The notes under the pieces were generated by a model that made no database searches, had not been told where the DNA came from, and saw nothing but the letters and a program-made list of their open reading frames with translations. Both the position numbers and the translations under genes were made by a program. Below are positions 13,289-26,354 of a DNA stretch of 64,000 bases, piece by piece. The stretch is taken from positions 122,450,001-122,514,000 of the forward strand of contig OZ024740.1 of the NCBI GenBank assembly GCA_964016885.1. The letters are read 5' to 3'. Source of the DNA: Eledone cirrhosa. Lineage: Eukaryota. Numbering within the stretch: position 1 is the stretch's first letter; each line of letters opens with the position of its first letter.

Positions 13289-13349
13289 TTTTCATTCTGA
13301 CGACTGAAAGCAAATGTGTTTGCTTTCAAGAAACCACTGTTAAAGGAAA
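13289..13349 (+). ncRNA. Minimal hammerhead motif (probable solo PLE pseudo-LTR)
   Basis: TTTTCATT-CTGACGA-CTGAAAGCAAA-TGTG-TTTGCTTTCAA-GAAA-C-CACT-GTT-AAAGGAAA. Confidence 0.6.
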
Positions 13350-13495
13350 TAATTATCTTATGTTGTTTATTACATAACTATTTAGGTATATATATATATA
13401 TAACGAAAGAAATGTTGTAAGGAACCAGGTTGACCATAACGCACCAAAGTACTCAATACTTAGGGTAGTAGGGTGGGTAATAGGAACGAGTAGGA

Positions 13496-13590
13496 CTCTG
13501 ACGGCTGAGCTCAACCCGTTTCGACGGCTAATTCTGGACTAAATGAAAATGTTTATCCTGGTATATGAATAGCCGAGCTTCTCAGGAGGT
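13496..13590 (-). ncRNA. Degenerate hammerhead in the 3' pseudo-LTR of the PLE
   Basis: Minus strand: CTC-CTGAGAA-GCTCGGCTATT..AATTAGCCGTC-GAAA-CGGGTTGAGCTCAGCC-GTC-AGAG. Confidence 0.55.
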
Positions 13591-14109
13591 AATTCCATAT
13601 ATGGTAAAAGTGATTGTCACAAGGATTGGTGAAACGTTTGTTGTTGAGACACACAATTCTATCATGGCAATTTGTGGAAGGAAGGGGTAGCTGAACCTGC
13701 CAGTAGAAGAAAGGGGGAGAGTGAGTGGAGGTAACCCAGTCGTGCGTTGGTAGTGCCAACTACAGCGGGGCAGGAGGTCAAGCAAGTATACTAGGGAGGG
13801 GGAGAAAGTCGAAACAATAAGTAAATCAATATGGAGTAAATATATAGAAGAATACCAAGAATGTTAAGAATATAAAAAAGCAATTTCTGGTTACTATTCC
13901 CTAACGACAGTCATAAATCTCTCACTGGTACTGCTAAACTATAGAAAAGTTGACTAGGTGGGACGGAATTGTAATGAGACCATTTTAAGAGTTAGTAGTA
14001 ATCAACCGAATATATCTTACGGTGGCAGGTCAACAAGTGGGGGTGCCAAAATACTAAAGAAACAACCACGAAATAATAATTCAGAGTCCTGAAACTAATA
14101 CGAAATAAT

Positions 14110-14150
14110 TGTTTCTACCCTAGGAACAAGGCCAGTAACCACCCAGTGCA
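14110..14150 (-). mobile_element. 3'-tail stub of Meta-type SINE with 18-bp TSD
   Basis: AAACTAATACGAAATAAT on both sides (~14092-14109 and 14157-14174). Confidence 0.65.
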
Positions 14151-16695
14151 AAAAATAAACTAATACGAAATAATAATTCAGAATCCCGAAAATGAATACT
14201 AACACTATCTCTAAGGGTGCCGCTACGATACAAAAATTCTCGTGCAAACTACATAAATGCTCGTACGAAGTATATGAAAGATTTGATACGGAAAATTAAT
14301 TCAGAATCCCCCCCCCCCCAAAAAAAAATACTGATATAGGAGAAATTAAAGCAGAGATACCACTAAGAAATGTAGAAAGCACGGAAATAGGGCAGCCATC
14401 GGATAAGAAAGCAAGTATCTGGGGTCTATCACATCTGCTATAAAAAGCGGAGTCGGCCAATTCTATCATAGAATAGGGGATGGGGTGGGGGTACTGAGGA
14501 TACAAAGGACCGAGGGGCTGCCTCGTTTGGGCGAGAAAGTGAAAAGGACGACGACAAAGAAGGAGGACTGGGGAGGAAGGACCAGGAAGGGATGGGGAGA
14601 AGAAGGAAATATAGAGGAAACGATAAAAAGATATAAAAGAAGATCTTACGTCTACCTTTGCAAGCAGGGGTTACCCATTACAAAGTCGGCAAGTGGGGTG
14701 TTACAGCCCTTGTCTACCCCCTACCCCCCCCCCCCCCGCGCCCGGGTCATTATGGGGTTTGAGGGCGAGGTAAGTCCTACGCAATCTGTGTTTGCATGCA
14801 GTTACCAGTTCGTCTTTCTTGTTTAGGAGTTGGTCCGTCGAAAACAGCATTTGTAAAGTTTCCTCCGAGCATAAATTGCACGGACGGCGTCCTCCCGTGT
14901 AAGAGTTGGCTCTGGATAGTAAGCTCCAAGTGAGATCATAGGTAATATTGTTATCTTTGAGGTCCCAGATGTGGCCTGAAAGTGTGGTGGCGTGACGCCG
15001 GGCCGGGTGTCGGAAAGTATGTCTGTGTTGGTATAGCCAGGTCTTGAAGTCACATGCGGTTAATCCTATATAAGCTTTGTTGGAGCTGTCCGTCCTCACG
15101 TTGCACTGGTAGATCACATTACGATCTCTTCATCTGTTGTCGAGGGGGAAAATGGATCCATCAGGACAGTTGCACCTCCTGGTCGGCTCTCCACTGCTAT
15201 TTAGGTTATTTCTTCCATAGGGGTTGAGTTTTTTATTGTTAGAGGAGACGATGTTTTGTGCAAAGTTTGGTGTGGTGCTGTAGGAGAGTTTGATGGTATT
15301 TTTGTTGATTATGTTGTGGTAGCGGTGTTGTAGTGGAAAGCGTTTTTTCGATGAGCCTAAAGAAGATTTCCCGATAGGAGTTATCACCTCGGCGTTGTGG
15401 GGAGGATTGAACCATGTTACATTGCGTGAGCGGCGGTGTCGCCCGCTGGTTCCGCTAATGGAGGCTGGACAGTAGGATATTTCCTCCCGGAAACAACGCC
15501 GCTTGAGGGCCTGGTTGTAATAAGGCGCATGTTCCTCGAATATCTGCTCATTAGCGGACAAACGAGATGTGCGGAGGGAGATGTTTTTAACCAGGTTATT
15601 GCTGATGTTCCTAGCATGGTTTGACCGGCGGTGGATTTAGTGCAGGTTGTCGGTGGGTTTCCTTTATGGGTAGTACAGATCATTATCGAGGTCAAGGGTA
15701 ACGTCCAGGAAGTTTACTCGGGTCAGGGACGTTTGTAGGGTTATTTTAAATCCCCAGTCGCGGTAGAAGCTGATTAATTGTTTACGGACCCGGTATGTAC
15801 AATCCACCGCCGAATGCAGGCAACATATCGGTGAGTTTAACTTGTAGGAATAATCCTATAAGATCTGTGACCTCAGCCGAATCCGTCGCGCCCATGCTGA
15901 CGTCGAAGGGTGAGTCGGGAGCTCTCTATGTGAGTTACGATGCTTCAACTACCTTACCGCTATGTACGGCTGCCTTGGACTTTGCCGAGACACTTGCGCC
16001 CATCACCGACCAGGAAAGAAACATCATCCTCCACGCCAGGAAGACAGTCCTGCTTTTCGACAACTCCAAATGGATATAGAGAGCTCCCGACTCACCCTTC
16101 GACGTCAGCATATATTTATTTAATTTCAATTGCCTCTGTATTTTATTTACTTTATTCTTAACTCTGAAGCCGAGAATCATTCTGTTTCCTAGTTAGGATT
16201 TTAGTCTACGACTTCAGTTATACCATTTACGTGGTTTGGTCTGTGCGTGCAATTGTGCACCACGCTCCACATATGACGTATTATCTTCGTTTTTTTTCGT
16301 TCATTGCCAGAGAACGTCTCTATGAACCACCCAATAGAATATTTTCTACGACTTCTTTTATACCATAAACGTGGTTTGTTTTTGCGTGTAATTGTTTTTC
16401 ACCGCTCCATTATATTCGTTTTTTTCCCGTTCTTTGCTTGGTAACGTTTCCACGAACCAAAGTATCGTCTTCCTCTCTTCCTTCGGTTGCAACGTTTTTT
16501 GAAATATTCACTTCTGCGTTCACATATTGACTTTGTTAATTTCAGAAGATCCCCTTAAGCGTGAAATCAGCGATTCTTTGCTTAAACTTTAATCTGTTAT
16601 TTTAATAAATATTTTCTCTAAGATTCTTATATGTTTGATATATATTTATCCTTATCGATCCCTCTTTGGATTTTAGTCTTCAAATTTATTATTAT

Positions 16696-16698
<3 letters not shown>

Positions 16699-16792
<94 letters not shown>
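16699..16792. repeat. (AT)n-(AG)n microsatellite
   Basis: Direct reading. Confidence 0.95.
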
Positions 16793-16794
<2 letters not shown>

Positions 16795-18394
16795 CGAAGA
16801 TACATAGACGCATATTTTATTATGCTATAATTGCTTGTTGTATGCTTATACTCATTCATATGCATGTGTAAAAACATGGGTATAGAATATAATTGGCAGA
16901 GGACATTTAATTTTCAATAACTGACCAGTGAACTTAGGATTGTATGAATATATTTTTCAGTTACAATAAATCTATTACAAAAACAGTAAAATAATTCCAG
17001 ATTTTAATTATTGATTCTTTAAACGATACAAATATCATTGTGATATGAAGAATATTGAGTGGAGAATAACTTGCAGCAATGTCATATACATTTCTTTTTA
17101 GTCATATTTTTAATGCACTTTGGAAATATTTTAACAACAAATATTTCTATGACGCCTATAACTCTTATAAATGTGATATATTTATTGCAACCCTTAATGT
17201 ACATGACCATAGAGTTCCTAATGTTTGCTAAACTTTATCGACAATCATGACAATATTCGTGATGTATCAAAATATTATAGTCGATTCTAATTATGAAAAT
17301 AATTTATATCTATTAATTTAGTATTTTCTCTGATTACACATCCATTTTCCCACGCCAAAACACTTACACACATTTGTTTTATAACATACGTAATACAAAC
17401 TTAAAATGATTCTGATATAACATATAGAAAGCAATTTACAATCCATATGAAGACGAAAAGAAATTGTATTAAATAATATATAGCATTATTTTTGTGCTTT
17501 TAAACGTTAATGGGATTTTAATGGAGAAACATTTTCAGTAATGTTAACTGAAAAAGAAAATGTTTAATTATTTTCCTAATATAGAGAAAGTAAATAAGAC
17601 ACAAACTAAGAAATGAATTTTCATATTATTGCTTATAATCATTTAGAAAGGATCGTTGTTCCTGGCAAATTGTAAACTTTACAAGAATGTGTGTTGGGGG
17701 GGGGGGTGCATGTGTGTGTGTGTGTGTGTGTGAACACTTAGAAAAATCAACTAGAGGACAAGACAACGAATGAAAGAAACAAAGTTAAATGAAAAGCAAT
17801 TTTTTATGGGGAAACCTTAGAAAATTATTTTCTGAAAATAAAAATACAAATGAAATAGACAGAACTCCATGACCATTGAAGTGGACTTTGGCAGTTTCGA
17901 TCCCTACCAACGGTACTGCTGGTCCACATGCGTCTGACACATGTCAAAGCGCTGTTACATAGAGAAAGAGACTAGGGAAACAACAACTTATAGCAATTAA
18001 TCTATGACAAGTACCTCTTATACCACAAAACTCTCAGGAGTGTAAACAAAGGTAAAAAGAAAACAAAGACGAGGAAGAAAGGATAGAAAGTATCAAGAAG
18101 AAAGCAAGATATGTTTTAAAAAATTGTATCGAAATATATCAAGGCAGAAACAGATCCCATAATATTTAAAGGTGTCCTGGCCAAATTACTCCTAGAAATC
18201 TAACTGAACAACCCATATATACTTATACACAAATACATCAGAATTATGCATACAAGCTAATCGAAAAGGAGAGATAAGTGATTAGTTATGAGAATTATAT
18301 GTCAGTAGTGAAGGGGTACAGAAATGATATGTTAGTGTACTCAATGCGTAGTAGATGCAAGACAAGTAAACAATGTGAGTAGCCTAAGAAATAA

Positions 18395-18965
18395 TTGTTT
18401 CTACTTTTAGTACGAGGCCAGCAATTATCCCGGTGCATTACTGGTACTTTATTTGATCGACCCCGTAAGGATGAAAGCAAAGTTAACCTCGCGGGATTTG
18501 AACTCAGACCGTAAAGGGACCTAACTATGCTGCAAAGCATGGCGTCCGACCCTCTACCGATACTGCCAATTCACCGCCCTTAACAATTGTTTCTACATTA
18601 GGCACAAGGCCAGCAATACCCAGTGCATTACTGGTACTTTATTTTATCGACCCCGTAAGGATGAAAGGCAAAGTCAACCTCGGCGGGATTTGAACTCAGA
18701 TCGTAAAGGGACGTAACTATGCTGGAAAGCATGGCGTCCAACCCTCCACCGATACTGCCAATCCACCGCCTAAGAAATAATTGTTTCTACTTTAGGCACA
18801 AGGCCAGCAATTATCCAGTGCATTACTGGTACTTTATTTTATCGACCCCGTAAGGATGAAAGGCAAAGTCAACCTCGGCGGGATTTGAACTCAGATCGTA
18901 AAGGGACGTAACTATGCTGGAAAGCATGGCGTCCGACCCTCTACCGATACTGCCAATCCACCGCC
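18395..18965 (-). mobile_element. Three head-to-tail full-length Meta-type SINEs
   Basis: Units ~18395-18580, 18587-18770, 18781-18965; GCCTAAGAAATAAT at 18382, 18768 and 18963. Confidence 0.9.
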
Positions 18966-19025
18966 TAAGAAATAATGTCAAGCAAACAAGTCTATAAACA
19001 TAGCTTATAATACAGAAATGATATG

Positions 19026-21294
19026 TTAGAGAAAACAATACCAAATTCTTGAACAAATATATTTAATGGCTGACAATTGTTTCCGAAGCCATATCAGTAT
19101 TCTTCACATACAGATGATAATTATCGATTATAAAATAGATAATAGTAAGTGAAATTAAAAAGAAATATTTTATATCGTCTCCCCATCGTAGCCAAAAAGA
19201 AAAAGTAAACATAAAAATTCAAAAATACATGTCACTGGAAATAGGGAGTACAATAAAAGTAAAATTTGAAGAATACGTGTCCACATATTAAATGAGAACA
19301 TATTTAACGAAATAGCGTCGTACTATAATGGTGCTCTTTCTAAATCAGGCTATAAGGATACCTGCTGGTCTATCCAACCATAAATTAAGTAATAATAATG
19401 TATTTGCACAGATTTGTCTCTAGCAACAATAGATTTAAAAACACTAATAGAAAAAAACTGTTCTCCTATAATGGTTTGCTATGATTTCAGGATTAGTTCT
19501 AGCAGACACGTTAACAAAACGCCTTCCGATAATAACTTAAAAATACTCTTAACATACCTATAAACCCTTCTGATACTGCTAGTACTCCGTGCCGAAATAG
19601 GTCTCGTAATCTGTCCTGGTTTCATCCTCCGTTCTCCTCTAATATAGCGTCTAACCTCCCTAAAATGTTCTCCATCTTACGCAACAATATCCCTCCTAGC
19701 CATAAGTACTATGAATTATTTCGCCAAAAAAAACAACCTTTAGATTTCTTTCTCTACTACCCTTAATTTGGCCGATTATATTGCTTTTAGTAACAATAAG
19801 AAACTATGAAATCATAGTGAATCCCTTTCTGCTAATTTACATCTACCACTTAACTCTTTATTTACGAATAATTCAAACATTAATAGTTATTCTTTTCACT
19901 CTCCTCTCACCTCACCGCCAAATGATACGCCTACTAATTCTATCCGTTTACCTACAACATCTACCACCTCTGACCGTAACTGTAATTGTAGAAATCCTAA
20001 CATCTGACCTCTGAATGGTCAATATCTTAATAATATTGTAGCATATAGATGCACTGTTAAAACCCATAATGACACTAAGACGTACATTGGTGCTACTGAT
20101 ATCTCTTTCAAGAGTCGTTTTAATTACCATAGACATTCATTTAAGAATAGTAATATAAAAGTTTCTACTTCTTTAGCCAGACATATAAATACGCTAAACT
20201 CTCTAATATTGAATACTCTTTAGTCTGGGGTATCTTAGATAAATCTTCTCCTTACAAATGTTGTAAAGGTCATTGTGGTCTCTGTTTATTGGAAGCTTAT
20301 TTCATAACTATGTCTAAACCCAGCCTAATGAATGACCGCAACGAGATCGTAATTAATTGCCATCATCGTTTGGCATACTCGTTCGCTAACAGGGTTTATG
20401 ATCTCACTTAGATTTCATTAGTTAAATCGACTTTTTCCCTTTTCTTTTTTTTACTATTCGTTTTTAACCCACCACTTATTTTCCCTTCACATTTTAACTA
20501 GTTCACATTTTCTTCCTAATTAATTCATATCCTATTTTTTTACTTTTTAAATATTTTATTTTTACCTATGTTATATTTATACTATGTTTTCTTTACTTCC
20601 ACTAATTATATTATTTTAATTTATAAGCCCCTATACTCCTTTAAACTCACTTATTTTTACAATGATATATAATACACTTCCTATTGTATGCCCCTATATT
20701 CTTATTTGTGTTTCTTTTTTTACTACTTTGGCCTTTCTGCTGCTTTTATACACTTTCTGACTATATTCTTTATATGCTCTTTATTTCAAATTATTAATTT
20801 GGATTTTATCTATAATTTTCTTATTATTAGAATTTACAGACTTTTTTTAAAGAACGTCTTTCAAATATTCAAAAAAATCCTTAATTGCCTATTATATTTT
20901 GCTACTTATTTATCTCCCGTTCTTCATATATATGTCCCTTGTTATAACTACTTCCCGGATTTCTCTATTCTCTTTTTTCTAAGCGGTTAAATTCGTAAGA
21001 TTTATAATGTATTATTATCTTACTTACGTTGTTAATATGTGGACACGTATTCTTCAAATTTTACATTTATTGCAGTCCCTATTTTCAGTGACATGTATTT
21101 TTTAATTTTTGTTTAATTTTTCGTTTCGGCTACGATGAGGAGACCATATCAAACTTTTTTTAAAAAACCATTTGCTATTATCGATTTTATAAACGATAAT
21201 TATCATCTGTATGTAAAGAATACTGATATGGTTCCCGAAACAATTGCCAGTCATTAAATATATTTGTTCAAGAATTTGGTATTGTTTTCTCTAA
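19026..21294 (+). mobile_element. Decayed Penelope-like element with inverted ~265-bp pseudo-LTR arms (19026-19292 / 21032-21294) and GIY-YIG relic
   Basis: 19981-20140 reads CNCRNPNI*PLNGQYLNNIVAYRCTVKTHNDTKTYIGATDISFKSRFNYHRHSF; arms are diverged reverse complements. Confidence 0.82.
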
Positions 21295-21709
21295 AATTTA
21301 ATTTCTGTATACATTTGTATATATACCTTAGTATATATATGTATATATACACGCACACATATATATACATATATATATATATATGTGCGTGTATATATAA
21401 ATATGTGTGTGTGTAAGTGTGTATGTGCCTGTGTGTGTGAGGGCGTGTGCATATATAAATCAAATATCAAACTAGTATCTCATATCAACGATATGACACG
21501 ACTACTTCACCTCAACTGGCCGGGCTCTCTTAAATATTATATCGAAATACATCATGAAAGAAACAGATTCCTTATTATTTAAATGTTTACCTAAACAAAT
21601 TCTTCCGATAAATCCCAGACAAATCTCCTACACACGGCTATGTATCTAAAAAGCAACAACTCATAAATAGTGTGAATCACTGTGTTCAAAACATAAATTC
21701 ATGGTCGAG

Positions 21710-23935
21710 TGGTTTCTGGGGAAGCCGGGTACACTGCATAGAGACCAAAAGGACGCTAGCTGACAAATATACTTAGCAAGAATGGAACTGGAGGTTAAAA
21801 GATTCAAGCATGTTTTGCAGCATGAGGACTAGAATCAGGAGGTGTTCAGGATTGTGAGGCAGTGTGTTACAGAATATTGTGATGTCATTGGTAAGAAGTG
21901 TGTCCGGGATGATGAAGGTGCACTTTCCCTCTCAAGTTCTGAGAAGAAAGCTGCTTGGAAAAGCCATTATGAAAGATTACTGAATTAAGAGAATGCATGG
22001 GAGAAAGTGTCCCTACAGCAAGTGGACCCCATAGTGGCCCCAGCAGTACAAGTTAGCAGCAGTGTAGTAGATAAAGCAATTAATGATAAGAAGATTGGGA
22101 AAGCAGCTGGTCCATCGCTTATATTTGCCAGGATATTGAAAGCATCAGAGTCAGTAGGTTACACCATAACCACACATATTTTAAATCAAGTAATACTAGA
22201 TGGCATCATACAAAATTAATGGAGCAGCAGCATCATTGTCAACTGCTACAAGTTTAAAGGAGATGCACTAGATAGAGGAAACTATAGAGGTATAAAGCTG
22301 ATGGACTAGGTCATGAAAGTAACAGAAAGAGTTACATCACAGCTCGTTAGGCACTGGGTAAATCTAGATGAGATGCAGTTTGGTTTCGTCCTGGAAAAGC
22401 ACCACTAATGAGTAACTTCCTTGTGAGGCAATTACAGGAAAATTACCTAGCTAAAAGTAAGCCGTTCTACCTAGCATTCTTTTGATCTGGAAAAAACTTT
22501 TAACAGAGTGCTCTGTGTCATAATCTGGTGGGTTCTTAGAAAACTAGGATTAGATGAGTGGCTTGTAAAGGCTGTACAAGCCATGTAAAGGGGAGCAGTC
22601 AGTAAAGTTAAGATTAACAATGACTATAGTGAGGAATTTAGCATACTGATTGTTGTCCACCAGGGCTCTGTTCTTAGCCCTATTCTGTTTATCATCACAC
22701 CACAGGCTATAATAGAGGAGTGCAAGACCAGTAACCCAGAGGAACTCCTGTATGCATATGATCTTACACTCATGGTGGAACTTAAAAATAAATTCCAAAC
22801 ATGGACACATGGTCTAGAAATAAATTCTTAAACTCAACCTGACAATGACTAATATTCTAGTAAATAGAAGAGAAAACAGAACGCTGATACCTTCAGGAAA
22901 ATAGCCTTGCTCACTGTGTAGGAAAGGTGTAAGCAGCATTTCCATCCTCTGTCCCAAATGCAAAATATGGGTAGAGATGAGGTGTAGTGGGATCTCAGGA
23001 AGGTTAGCAAAGAATGTAGGCTTTACATGTAACAGCTGCACCAGGACAGTAAGTACCAAAAGACCCCAGAAAATAAGCACTATATAATTCTGGGAAGGCT
23101 TGGTAGAAACAATAATCAGCTTCTGCTTACCTAGGTGACTGAATTAGCAGTGGAGGTGGGTCTTCTGTAAGTACAGTAGCCTCATTGCTAGCTGCAAAAT
23201 GAAAAGCAGAATGTATGATGTGTGCATACGGACAGCAATGTTGCATGGCAGTGAGACCTGGGCACTTTGTGCAGAAGACTTATGAAGAATGGAAAGAAAT
23301 GAAGCGTGCATGCTCCGTAGGTGTGTAATATGTGAACAACAAAGCATAAATGAACAGAGAAAAACTAAGCATAAGCCGAATCAGATGCAACGTGCAGGAA
23401 AGGAGATTGCATTGGTATGGACATGTGATACGTATGAAGGATAACAGTTGTATAAAAATGTGCAGAGAATTCAAAGTCGATGGAAGCCTTGCAGTGTAGA
23501 GACCCAGGAGATGGGGGTGATAAAAGCTGACTTCACCAAATTGTGCTTCTCAAAGGCCCGAGATTTCTGGTGTTACACAGTAATACAGAAGACTCAAATT
23601 CCCTTGGGCACAGGCCATAGCTGAAGGATATATATAGTATGCACCACCCCTCACCTCCCCATCCACTCTGATAAACCTCCCTTTGAAGCCTCCACCCCAC
23701 ACTCAAAGTGGTCGTGATGGTGACACGGTAAAAGGCACCCAATCTACACTGTAAAGTTGTCATGTAGGTGTCACAACAAAAAGCACTCGGCACACACTAT
23801 AAATGTTGTTGGCATTATGAAGAGCATCCAGCTGTAGAATTCTAGCCAAAATCAGCCCTGCGTAAGCAAAACACAGTCCTCTCGCCAGATCTCTCATGCT
23901 ACCATGGAATATTGACATTAAACGATGATGATCAT
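21710..23935 (+). mobile_element. Decayed RTE-clade LINE with a PHD-like Cys cluster; ends ACATTAAACGATGATG
   Basis: GKAAGPS, NYRGIKLM, MQFGF, VHQGSVLSPILF, MLHGSETWAL, RLHWYGHV in broken frames. Confidence 0.88.
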
Positions 23936-24814
23936 GAAGGTGTATACACACATGCACATACATATGACACTGTGAGAAGCAGGTGGAACACCAGATTAAC
24001 AAGACTCACTATTTAGCCTTAATAAAATGAATATACATATAGATTCATATAAACATGTATATATATACACACACAACCTAGATGATTTAGGCTCACTTGT
24101 AGCCTGGGAAACGAGTCTGTAACACAAATCTAAACATTTATATGGTGATATTCAGTCAATATTTAATAACACGTGCATTTGGAGCATATTTTCATCTTTT
24201 TAATGTTTACAGTTTTCATTATCAATATTTTTTCTTGAATAAATTTATTACTTTGCATTTGTTTTTCCTGTTTGTTTTTTTGTTTAGAAGCAATGAAAAA
24301 TATATTTCAGGTGGGAATTAGTATGTACAATGTATAACAACTGTATATAAGCTATACTGCCCTTATTCCCTGAAGTAGTTATCCCTGATCGTTTTTTTTT
24401 CAGTACTATTACTTTAATTTCTTCATAGAAAATAACGTCAAACTGATTACTGAAATATTGTCTTAATTTAAATAAACATTTGAAAATGTACCCAAACCTC
24501 TGGAGTTTTTAAATATATACAGAATTGTATACATATGAATGAATCCAAGTGTTTACTATCACTGCTATTCAGAAATGCAAACAACACAGAGCACACACAC
24601 ATACACACTTGCAATCATTGAATGAAAGGTGTGTGTGGTATAAAGCAGCATATAACAAGACATATAAGAAATGTATGTTATTTATTTATATGATTCTGGT
24701 GCCATACTTATTATGCTGAAACTTTTTGACTTTGGATTATATATAATTAATTCAATATCCTTAGAAAACATTTCCATGCAATAGTCTGGCTCATGTGATA
24801 TTAGTGAATTATTG

Positions 24815-24851
<37 letters not shown>

Positions 24852-26129
24852 GTGATGCAGTCTTCTTGTTATCTCAGTATCTTTTCAAATTCCATTCAGA
24901 ACTCAATCAGTGAGAAACAGACTTGATTGAAATGATTAGCAAAACATTTTCTATGTGGACACGTCATTTCTTTTTTATTTCTGATCACATGATAAATTTT
25001 CATCAGAAGTCAAATATTCTCATTTAGAATGAAAACTTGAATAATGATGCGACTAGTTAATACCTTATGAATCTAATTTGAAAGCACAAATATCTGTGAG
25101 TTATCTATGTAATAGACAACTGATCATGACAACTGTTCATAAATTCAAATCCCAGTACTAGTTTTGTATTGATACCATACACAATTTGGTCATGGTGATG
25201 TAATTATCACATTAAGTCAGAATAAGCATGTCTCAGTCAATAAAGAAGACAAAAATAGAACCAAATGTATCTAATGACTGTATTGCATTAAGAATGTCAT
25301 CAAATTGTAAAATATTTACAGAACTTATTCATTCAAATATCCAAATATGTATACTCCATACTGGATCTGAAACTGAGAAATTTGAAATAACATTTCGAAT
25401 AAAATAGATAACACACCAGAAGTATGTTCAGATAAATGATTAACATATTCATATTGAATACTATATACATTTAACAGTTTGGGTCAAGAGTATCATGAGC
25501 TCTGTTTCAGCAATCTATTAGAAGCACTATGCCATCTCTCCAACAATTGCAATAAATTGATAAAACTGTGTGTCGTATTAGCAAATATGAACATAAGCAT
25601 AAACGCATCTATTTCTTATTTTGATAGCCATCGTAGATTGTTGATTTGTTGCACAACTAGTCACAGAAATTGCTTTTCCTTGTGGGCACATTCATTTTGG
25701 AAGCAAAATTTATTTTGGTCATGATATTTCTTGCAGAAAATATAATTCAAATTATATAGACTTTGAAACATGATCAAGTGGGATTGGAATACCTTAAGCA
25801 TATACATTTTCAGTTGTAATATTAAGAATTTTCTACTTTGTTATTTACTTTAAATAAAAACACAACTAACAACTCTAAATTCAAAACTGAATAAATTCTT
25901 AAAAGATAAATTCCAGAGAAAACATATTTTACTGTGGTGAGATAGCATTTTTATGTCGTCTATATATCTAGTATTTCAATGATTTTAAAAGTAATCCTTG
26001 AATACTTTTAAAAATTAATTAGATATAAATATATATTTTTTATTTGTCCAAATCTACAGACCAAGAAAACAATGTTTCCATTAATCTTTCTAACTGTTGA
26101 TACTATCTACTGGTCACAACACCTAGCAA

Positions 26130-26242
26130 TAGAAGCAATATGAAATAAAGTATCTTACATCAATGCAATGCCTAGCCAGGAAATCAAACTCACAACCTCA
26201 TGACTGTGAATTCAATTCTCTAATCACTAAGCCACATGCCTT
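26130..26242 (-). mobile_element. Decayed head of CORE-like tRNA SINE
   Basis: GAAATAAAGTATCTT..CTCTAATCACTAAGCCACATGCC resembles 38085-38195. Confidence 0.55.
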
Positions 26243-26354
26243 TACTAATTCTGTTTTTTGTTCTAACATAGCAGATATTTAACTGAAATTGTGAGTTTTA
26301 TATCGAAAAATAATAATAAATTATAAATATCCATATCTATCCATCCATATCCAG

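Larger units (their letters stand above)
13402..16111 (-). mobile_element. Decayed Penelope-like element (possibly Hydra-clade): RT remnant, CNC linker, GIY-YIG (14701-15117); 5' segment inverted (15930-16111)
   Basis: FDVSMGATDSAEVTDLIGLFL, RVNFLDVTLDL, WFNPP, CNCPDG, VIYQC..AYIGLT..HRHTF..CNLCSEE..LLNKKDELVTACKH; catalytic DD deleted. Confidence 0.88.

Noticed and set aside
16538-16582. CAGAAGA..GAAA hammerhead-like motif
   Set aside because: Stems I and II do not pair adequately
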